From a virus, in the IMG/VR virus record IMGVR_UViG_3300030451_004287, positions 95,660 to 159,659 of that record: a DNA stretch of 64,000 nt; one strand, given 5' to 3'. The stretch's first letter is position 1. The number at the start of each line of letters is the position of its first letter. The notes beneath the pieces were generated by a model. The model saw nothing but the letters and a program-made list of their open reading frames with translations, was not told the DNA's origin and searched no databases. Of the stretch, positions 18,646 through 27,600 are shown piece after piece. The position numbers and the translations under genes were made by a program.

Positions 18646-19170
18646 TTAACTTTTTTCTTCTAATTGTTTTTTCCATGCTGCTGTTTGTTTAGCTGATATT
18701 TCTCTTTCTCTTTCAGCTTCTTCTTTTTGTGCCTTACGAGAATTAGCAACAGCTTTCTTAATAAGAATACGACCTGCTGTTTTTAAAAACGGCAAACCTC
18801 TTTTATTTGCTTCTTCTTGTAACCAACCTACAACAGTTTCTACATTATTTTCTACCCAATCATTACCATTATGATCCATAGCGTGTGCTCTTTTATTACA
18901 GCTACAGTTTGCTTTAGAGTGTATACCAAACTTTGCTAGTAGTTTTTTTAATTGAGTGCCGGGGCCAGAACTCATAGAATCTGGTCTAAATTGATCAGGG
19001 TCATCTTTTAAAAGTTTTACTATATCATCTTTTACACTCCATATTTCATTAATTTCAGGCTCAGTTAATCCTCCAGTATTAAAACTTATTGTATTTGTTT
19101 GTTCATGATACATTACCTGTATATTTTTAGATTGTAATATTTTTAATATTTTATAAGCCTTAGTTTGCAT
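18646..19170 (-). CDS. Two-domain protein: TubC_N-like docking domain + GPGT..KKLL..CSC domain
   Basis: AGGAG RBS. The N-terminus resembles the TubC N-terminal docking domain; the C-terminus reads GPGTQLKKLL..GI..CSC..RA..MD..G..W...VGWL.EEA.KR.LPF. Confidence 0.7.
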   Translation of the reverse strand: MQTKAYKILKILQSKNIQVMYHEQTNTISFNTGGLTEPEINEIWSVKDDIVKLLKDDPDQFRPDSMSSGPGTQLKKLLAKFGIHSKANCSCNKRAHAMDHNGNDWVENNVETVVGWLQEEANKRGLPFLKTAGRILIKKAVANSRKAQKEEAEREREISAKQTAAWKKQLEEKS

Positions 19171-19185
19171 TATAGTTTTTCTCCT

Positions 19186-22100
19186 TTAAAATCCACCATC
19201 TTTAGTATATGGATCACCATCTGGTCCGTATACACTTGGTCCAGTATCTTCCTCACATTCGCCACTATCAACATTTTTTAAACAACTTTGCTCAATTCCA
19301 TCTTTCGCAAGAGGAATCGTTACATTTTTATAATTTCTTCTACCATGAGGGTCAAGGAAATCCGCTGTAGTATGAACATAACAATCTCCTTTACAACTTG
19401 GTTTAACTTTATATATAAAACCTACATTACTAGCTCCACCTCTTGGTTGAGCAGGCCAAGTACCATCATACTCTTCTGGAGTATTAGGCCATCTGCCATT
19501 CCAACAAATTCGTCTATCAGGAAATTTTGTTCCAAATGTACCTTCTTGCCATTTGTAACCAGCATTGTTACCTCCCAGATAGCCGGGCAAATTGGTATTG
19601 GTTCCGGGGAAATTTGGTAGTTTACCTTGAAGCCAAGGGAAGTTTTCTATAGCTTCGCCGCCACCAAATTGACCTTCAAGCATAGCCTGTACTACCGCTT
19701 GAACCTCTTCAGCCGTAATAGTTTCTCCCTCATTTTGTGCAATTATAAGTATTTGTTGAGTATATAATTGTTGATACAGATAATGATGTATATATTCCTG
19801 TTTGGGTTCAAAAAATAATTCTTCTGCATCCCAATTAACAGTAATTGAACCACCATTAGCTCCCTCTGCGGTAAAACCCCAGCTACCGGGATCTGCACAC
19901 TCAACAAAACCTGTGCCATAATAACTATTTTCACAACCTTTACAACTCGCTAAGTAATCATCTCTAACCTGCCACCACCACTGTTCACAATACGGAGCAT
20001 AGTTTCTTGGAAAGGTTATGCCTTGATCTGCAAGAGCTGCTGCTTTTTGTTTTTGAAATTCGTCAAGTGCTGAACCTACATACCACTGTTCTGATTTTAG
20101 CACTGTTCCATCGTCCTGAAAACCAAAAGTCCCAGTCATATACGACTCATCAGGAACACTAGTTACTCCAGTTAGTGTCCATTTCCATCGACCTCCACCT
20201 CCTGTAGCTTGCATACATTCTAATGTTAATGTAGCTGACGTACCACCATCAATGTCGTTATCATTCCAAGTGCTTTGATCTGTTGGGTCTCCATCACCCC
20301 AAGGATTTGTCGAACCTAGCAGACAATGAGATCCTCCAAAATTTATTGTTACTACAGGACATCCTGAAGATTTAGGTCTGTCACAACAATTCATAACAAC
20401 TGCGCCAGTATCAGGATCAGTATATCTCCCTCCAAAATCTATACTCGTAGTATTCACAGAAAATCTATAATCACCGTGAATCATATTAGAATGAACATAT
20501 TCTGCTGCAGGACCGGGTTGAACTTCACAATCATCATTAATCCCAACAATCATACCAAAGTCTGATTGTGGTCCAGCAGTGTCAAACTGAGCTTCTGCAG
20601 TATCTGGATCCCACATGCTTGGAAGACAACCTCCACCACCTGTTGTTCCTCCGGGACTAATTGACATATATATAGCTGTGCGTCTACTCCATACTTGTTG
20701 ACCAAAATCTTGATGGTCAAATATGCCTACTTTTTTAAGTATATCACGGTCACCTGCCTGAACAACTTGACCAAAAGAACTAGCTACACCAACTGGTACT
20801 CCACCGCCCATATTAGCCAATCTACTCGCAGAAAATGGACTACAAGCACAATTACTACAACAATAGTAAGGATCGTTATCACCACAAACATCGGCTGTGC
20901 TTTGTCTAGCATAATTTAAAGGCATATTTTCATAAGGCTTACCACCGCCCTCATTTGTACAATAAGGTCCCGGACCACCCTTGCTTCCTCTAATATCTAT
21001 AAACTCACCTTCATCATTAAATACCGGATACCTAATTAAAAAACCGGTAGAGCTGTCATAGTAAGGCTCTTTCCAATCTACATTAAAATCTTCTTGTCTT
21101 TTAAAATTAAAATCACCAGCTAATACTGCTCCATAACAAGGGTTATATCCACCAAAATGATCAAAATCTGGTCTTATTTCTTTCATTTGACTAGTAATAA
21201 GCAATCCACTACAACCATATTTTAGAGGTAAATCTAAATCATAATACTTATTTCTATCTAAATTATGAACATGAAGACTATCATCGTCACCAGTTTTTTC
21301 TTCTCCATCAATAGTTAGCCCTGCTCTCGACCCAATAATATTAGCATGTTGATAACAAGTACTAGAAGCACCATTATCTATCATAATAGTACCAGTGCCT
21401 AAAGGTTTTATTTTATTAATGTGTCTATTATCCAAGAAAAGACTAACTTCAGGAGTAAGTGTTAATGCTCCTTCACCTATCAACTTATCTCCATCAGGGT
21501 CTATAATACCTGTTATAACTCCTTCACATGTAACTAATAACTGCGCGTATCCTCCTTTACCATAGTAATAACCTTGACAAGCATCATCGAATGGGAAATT
21601 ATAAGGATAAAAATTAGTTGTATTTGCGTCACCAACAGGATTAAATTTTAATGATTGAGGACTATATGGTAACTCTCCACCAGCTCCATCGTCTTTATTT
21701 GTTCTTACAAATTGAAAATATCTAGGATCATAAGGATAATCTTTTAACATTGCAGAATATGGAGTAATAGGCAAATGATCTCTTGACTCTTCTTCACGCA
21801 TTTGCTTATTACTAACTCCTAAATAAGCTCCGTATAATCTACTATATGTATTATCATGACCATGCCTAGTAATATAGTCTGGTCTATGAGTAGGTACTAT
21901 AGTATGACACTCTCCAAAAACAGCACTTTCACCTCTAAATCCTTGAACATAAGCATGATAATCATGAGTGCATTGAGTGAAAGGAAATGGCACCAAAGAA
22001 GCATTAGGACCTTCTGCTATAGCTTTAGCTTGATCTGCAAGATCATTAGTAAACTTTTTATAAAAAGGCAAAGTTTCTGCATGTACAGACGCTGGGACTA

Positions 22101-24612
22101 TATTGTATACTGAACCGTAATTCGGAATATAATACATTTGCATGTACCCTTGACAACCACCGGGTACTGGTAGAAATAAAGGTAGATCAAGCGGCCCAAC
22201 AGCAGTTTTAGTACTATCTGTTACGTTAGCAGAAAGAGGTAGTCTTTGCATAGTATTAATATAAAAAGAATTTGTCCAAAGAGGTCTGTTAGATCTTAAA
22301 GCACAACTCATATAAACTTCGTTATCAGATACTTTGGTAACTCCATCTCCTCCTCGTATATTCTGCATATCACCAAAAAATACCATTTCATAAAAAGGCA
22401 TATCATTACCCGGCAAACCTCGTGGACTTGGAGGAGCCTGATCACCATTAAAATGAGTTGTTAAAGGATTACCATCTCTGTCTTTAACTTGACACACTAC
22501 AGAACCGGGAACTTTCGTACCGGCATCTCTTTGCGCTTGATAATCTCCATTAGCAGGTAAATAATAACCGTCAGTCTCACTAAAAGGCACAACATGTAGT
22601 ACCTTACTACCTTCTGGAACAAAAGGACCAAATACAGGCATACCAGCATATAAATTTGATACATCATCAATACTACTTAATTCAAATAAACCATTAGCTC
22701 TAGCATTAGCTGGACTTCCCATAAACTGCCCACCAGCAAATATAAACTGAGTTAAATAATTAGGATGAACGCACCATTTAGCAAAATCTGTTCTTCCTTT
22801 AATAAAGCCAGTAGTCATTTTGGTTTCATCAGCAATTTTTGAATTAGAACCTGCACTACTATCAATGCCATGAAAAGCTAAATCTGTTAAATTTGTTACA
22901 TCTATAATTTTATCAGGACCATTTGTTTTAATTCTTAAATTAAATGTAGCATGACCGGCATTTTCAAGATCACCCAAATTCATAACTTCAACAATATATT
23001 GCCTAACATGCATACTATCGTTATGGTTAAATCTCCAATTATTAAAATTATTTACATCTTCTAATTTATAACAGTGTGGGTGTTGACGGTCTCCTCTAGC
23101 TTCTAAATTGTGTGAAAAATAATTTGGACCACCTGTACTTATATATGGTTTAGCTGTTCCATCTACACTTGCTCTAAATCGTCCGGGAGGGGTATCTACT
23201 TGTGCCTCTGGTTCTTGGTAAGCAGCAGGCCAGTTCCTTCTGTGAACATAATAAAGATTTAAATGAATATCTGTATTACTAACATTTTGCCATTCTACTT
23301 CTTCACTTGAAGTTAACTGTATACGATTAGTTACATCATTAAGTGCTTTTTCTTCATCACTTGCATCTTCTGGAAAATCTCTTACTTGTCCGAATTGGTC
23401 CACTCGTGGCTTGCTGTATAAATAATGAATACCTCTTTCTGATGGTACAAAAAATGGCGTATTGTCAAAATAGTTTAACATTCTAAACTTATATTTACCG
23501 GGCCATTTAGTGCTTTTTAGAAAAGGGTTTGCGTCAGCTATACCACTTATAATTATTGACTTTTGTTCATCATCTGTAAATTGTAATGTAGGAACACCAA
23601 TTTCCATTCTTAAGTCTTGCAGAAATGGTATAAGATTTGCTGCATCTTCAAGACCCCCATCAATATCACCTTGGCGACGTCTAAGGTAACTATTAAATAA
23701 ATGAAATTGATCACTATTAAAATCAGTAGCATCTCCCATTTCACCTAATACAATTTTATCGTAACCAACATCTCCAGCAAGAGCTATATATGGATTATCA
23801 ATAATATTTCCATTACCCATATCCCATGTTGTGTTCCAAGGATTAACTCTAGGATCTCTCATAGCATTCCAAAGATTTCTACCAAATACTTCTTTGCCTA
23901 ATAATTGAGCATGATCTAAACCTATGTTTTCGACACCGTTAAACTTAAAACTTCTATCGTAATCAATTCCTTCATCAGTTTCTGCTGGTACAATAATCTC
24001 ATCGCCATCAAAAGTTACACTAATAGAATCAATAGGCTTTCTGATAAATTTTTCACCCAAAATAGGATGATCATATTTTGCATGATTTCCTTGAACGTCT
24101 TCTATATCAGCAGTAAATAAAGTAGGAACATTAAATAAAGTTGTAGAAACATTTACATCATTTGGGTTATCTTTATCTTCGGAAAAAACTGGTGTAGAAG
24201 TCACAGTACTAATACAAGTACCACGATCTTGGGTGGGTTTTTCAAATTTTTTATAAAAACCTGATTCTGCATGTTTAGCTAAAGCTAATGGCCCAAATGT
24301 AGCATCATCCTTTAATATTGATTTATCTTCGTCAACAAGACCTAAAGTTTTTAATAAATGTCCACAATATTTATTAATAATATTAAAAGTTTCTAATTTA
24401 TCTTGTTGATTTAATTCTTTTAAAGACCCATTAATTTCGTGAGTATCTAAATTTATAAAAGTTACTTCAAATTGTGGGTCGTAATTTTTTAATATTATAC
24501 TAGATAATGTCCTAGCACTATCTGAAACTAGTAAATCCTTATCATCTCGAATCCTTAAAAGAGTTAATAATAACTTCTCATCTGAAATTTCATCATATTT
24601 TATATTATACAT
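19186..24612 (-). CDS. Giant Gly/Cys/aromatic-rich virion protein, probably tail tip or adsorption
   Basis: 1808 aa at the distal end of the tail module; beta-rich, with Cys clusters. Confidence 0.6.
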   Translation of the reverse strand: MYNIKYDEISDEKLLLTLLRIRDDKDLLVSDSARTLSSIILKNYDPQFEVTFINLDTHEINGSLKELNQQDKLETFNIINKYCGHLLKTLGLVDEDKSILKDDATFGPLALAKHAESGFYKKFEKPTQDRGTCISTVTSTPVFSEDKDNPNDVNVSTTLFNVPTLFTADIEDVQGNHAKYDHPILGEKFIRKPIDSISVTFDGDEIIVPAETDEGIDYDRSFKFNGVENIGLDHAQLLGKEVFGRNLWNAMRDPRVNPWNTTWDMGNGNIIDNPYIALAGDVGYDKIVLGEMGDATDFNSDQFHLFNSYLRRRQGDIDGGLEDAANLIPFLQDLRMEIGVPTLQFTDDEQKSIIISGIADANPFLKSTKWPGKYKFRMLNYFDNTPFFVPSERGIHYLYSKPRVDQFGQVRDFPEDASDEEKALNDVTNRIQLTSSEEVEWQNVSNTDIHLNLYYVHRRNWPAAYQEPEAQVDTPPGRFRASVDGTAKPYISTGGPNYFSHNLEARGDRQHPHCYKLEDVNNFNNWRFNHNDSMHVRQYIVEVMNLGDLENAGHATFNLRIKTNGPDKIIDVTNLTDLAFHGIDSSAGSNSKIADETKMTTGFIKGRTDFAKWCVHPNYLTQFIFAGGQFMGSPANARANGLFELSSIDDVSNLYAGMPVFGPFVPEGSKVLHVVPFSETDGYYLPANGDYQAQRDAGTKVPGSVVCQVKDRDGNPLTTHFNGDQAPPSPRGLPGNDMPFYEMVFFGDMQNIRGGDGVTKVSDNEVYMSCALRSNRPLWTNSFYINTMQRLPLSANVTDSTKTAVGPLDLPLFLPVPGGCQGYMQMYYIPNYGSVYNIVPASVHAETLPFYKKFTNDLADQAKAIAEGPNASLVPFPFTQCTHDYHAYVQGFRGESAVFGECHTIVPTHRPDYITRHGHDNTYSRLYGAYLGVSNKQMREEESRDHLPITPYSAMLKDYPYDPRYFQFVRTNKDDGAGGELPYSPQSLKFNPVGDANTTNFYPYNFPFDDACQGYYYGKGGYAQLLVTCEGVITGIIDPDGDKLIGEGALTLTPEVSLFLDNRHINKIKPLGTGTIMIDNGASSTCYQHANIIGSRAGLTIDGEEKTGDDDSLHVHNLDRNKYYDLDLPLKYGCSGLLITSQMKEIRPDFDHFGGYNPCYGAVLAGDFNFKRQEDFNVDWKEPYYDSSTGFLIRYPVFNDEGEFIDIRGSKGGPGPYCTNEGGGKPYENMPLNYARQSTADVCGDNDPYYCCSNCACSPFSASRLANMGGGVPVGVASSFGQVVQAGDRDILKKVGIFDHQDFGQQVWSRRTAIYMSISPGGTTGGGGCLPSMWDPDTAEAQFDTAGPQSDFGMIVGINDDCEVQPGPAAEYVHSNMIHGDYRFSVNTTSIDFGGRYTDPDTGAVVMNCCDRPKSSGCPVVTINFGGSHCLLGSTNPWGDGDPTDQSTWNDNDIDGGTSATLTLECMQATGGGGRWKWTLTGVTSVPDESYMTGTFGFQDDGTVLKSEQWYVGSALDEFQKQKAAALADQGITFPRNYAPYCEQWWWQVRDDYLASCKGCENSYYGTGFVECADPGSWGFTAEGANGGSITVNWDAEELFFEPKQEYIHHYLYQQLYTQQILIIAQNEGETITAEEVQAVVQAMLEGQFGGGEAIENFPWLQGKLPNFPGTNTNLPGYLGGNNAGYKWQEGTFGTKFPDRRICWNGRWPNTPEEYDGTWPAQPRGGASNVGFIYKVKPSCKGDCYVHTTADFLDPHGRRNYKNVTIPLAKDGIEQSCLKNVDSGECEEDTGPSVYGPDGDPYTKDGGF

Positions 24613-24619
24613 ATATTTA

Positions 24620-27600
24620 TTATATTATTTGAGAGCATGTTCCTACGCCTCTATATCTCACTAAATTAGTTCCTTGTATTCCAAGAAAGAATGTTGGAAC
24701 CTCACCAACTTCTGGAACATAGTTTGAATTAAAATCAAATCCAGCTACACTACTAGCATGTCCTACAGCAGATGAATGTTTTCCTATACTAACTAAACAA
24801 GGGTTAGCTTCATTAATACCTGCTATAATAATAGGAGTATCATCAGGAATAGTTACAGGAATAATATTCATATAGTCTGTTACTGTAATCTGATTAGCAG
24901 TATCATTAGTTTGTTCAAACTGATTAGCACCATCACAAATTTGAGCTACAAAAGTACCGCCTGTACTAACAGAACCACAAGTTCTAGCAGGAGTTAATGT
25001 TGCGCTACCACCACCAGCAGACTTTTGATTCATAACAATATATTTTCCATCATCATAATACACATATAATAAATCATCTACAGCTCCTGTCATACCAAGA
25101 TAATCATATACGTCTATTTCAGCATTTCTTACATCAGCAGAAAGATCTTCACCTTCTGGACCCCACATAGAAATTCCATCATAATACGCTTTTTTACCGG
25201 GACTTTTAAATGTTATAGTTGTATTAGCAGCTAGTTCACCTGACGTAATACAAGGTGAAATTTCGATAGTATTACTACCAACTGATACAATAGTGGCATC
25301 GGAGGGAATGTTTGAACCTTCCACAGTCATGCCCGGAGATAAATCACTTACATCTTCAAATTCAATAGTTGTTGAAGAACAATCTTCAAACCCAAATACT
25401 CTTGTAACTACAGTTTTAGTAATTTCAATCTCACCTGTTCCACCAGCCGCCATATTTACTAGTTCAGCTTTAGCTTGTCCAAAAGCATTTAATGTTTCTT
25501 TAAGTCTTACTAGTAAAACTTTATTTTGAGTAGGAGCTACCCAAACACCTCTATGTCTATCAAATCTTAAATCTATTGGTCCTACGGGCCAAGTCTTTGG
25601 ATTGCTCATCCAATTTTTCATAAATTTATCTGTTAAGCCAGTATCTCTAAACCTACCTATAACAGTATCTTCAGCACAATCATTTGAGTTAGGTATAGGC
25701 TTGCCATTTGTGTCATATCCCCAACCTTGTAAAACTAAAGGTCCTCTAAAAGCATTAAATCTCTGGTCTGTAAAAGTTTGTCTATCTTGAAGAGTAACTT
25801 CTCTTTCAGTACTACCTTGCATATCAAGAACTTTAATATAGTCGCCTTTAGTAAAGTTTCTAACACTTTGACCAACGGTATTATACTCAACAACGTAACC
25901 TGATATTGAACCATTATATCTATTATTATCTACATTATTTATTCCAGTTCCTTTCCACATTAAAGGGAAATTGCCAGTTGATGTCCAAGGATGTAAAAAT
26001 GTTCTGTTTATTCTTAAATCAAATATAAGTTCAGGTCTAATTGATGGAACTTGTAAAGGAGGAATACTAGAATATGATCTAGAAAGCATACCCTGTCTAG
26101 GATCAGCGGTAAAAACATTAGAAGATCCTGTAAAAGTCAAAGCTAAGTCTACTGCTAGTGTTGTATCTTCTGTGATAGCAGGTGTAAAAGTTACGCTATT
26201 CTCACCAACTGAAGAAATAACAGCGCCTTGAGGAATACCCTCACCACTAATTACCATTCCGGGTTCAAGATTATCTACACTACCTATTTCAACAGTAGTA
26301 GATGTAGCTTCTGCGGTTCCAACTACCTCAGTAGTTACAGTTGTTGCAAAAGTTACTGCAGCATTAGTGTTTATAACATATCTTGGCAACATTCTAGTAC
26401 CATCAGCAGATAATCCATTAGCATCTAGAGGAACTCCTCCACTTAATGATACAGGAAGAAAGAAAGAATCTAAACTGTTTATTGCGATTCTGCTATAATA
26501 CGGTGTTTGATAATGATCAAGTGATGCTGATTTTATTTCAGCTCTAGGTCTTTTCTTATTAGTGTTACCTAGTGTATTAGGTTCAGGCTTAAGACTTGCT
26601 ATCGGAGTAACACTATCGCTAGAACTACTATTGCTGTCATGAACTAAATTTTTACGAACTATATTTTCACCACCACAAGCATTAGCTTTTCCATCATTTA
26701 AAGTGTAAGCACTATATATTAATTTACCGCTAGTTGCATCAACACTTCTGCTAGACCTTTCATTAGGATTCTTAGAGTGTCCTTCGCCTGCACTGTTTTT
26801 CTTTCCTCCTTTACCTTTACCTCTATAATGATCTCTGTTTTCAGCGACAGAAATTCTTTCGTCTTCTAAAGCTACTTTATTTCTAAAAGCAATTTCTTTT
26901 CTTCTTTTCTTTTCATCTCTAACTTTAAGATTCATATCTCTTTTTACAGCAACTAAATCCTTAATAGCATCTCGTACATATTTATCTACTTTTCCAAATT
27001 CTTTAGAGTATGTTTGAAAACTTAGCGATGTAGTTGCTCCATTAGATCCATAGTTTAAATTCATGTTACTAAGCAACGGACCTAAATTAGTTTGACCTAA
27101 TTGTAAATCTCTACCAAAATCAATATGTGTAATCATAGGTACAGTTAAGCTAGCTTTTTCTTCAAACAATCTAGTTTTTAATCCATCTAGCGCTATTTTT
27201 TGACCGTTATTAACCATATCGCTCCAAGTTTTTGGCACAATATTAGCAGCTTTTAAATTGTTAACAAATTGCCAAGGAGCTAAATCGGTATCTACAATTT
27301 CTGTTCCACCACTAACATTACCGATTACTGAAAAAGGACCATATATTTGTGTTTGACTTTCAAAAGGTATATGAACATCACGAGGTATAAGACACATTGG
27401 ATTCATGTCCATAAACTCTTTAGCACTAATATTTACAATAGCACCATCTTTTTTATTTGGGTCAGGAGGATCGTCAGGTACTTCATTGTTTCCTCTAAAA
27501 GTCGCATTTGCTTCTTGTGCTTCTGTTTTAGTTAAATTAGTGTCTTCTCCATTGAGCCTAGCTATCTGTACATCAAGTGCATCACCTGTAATTTCTTCAT

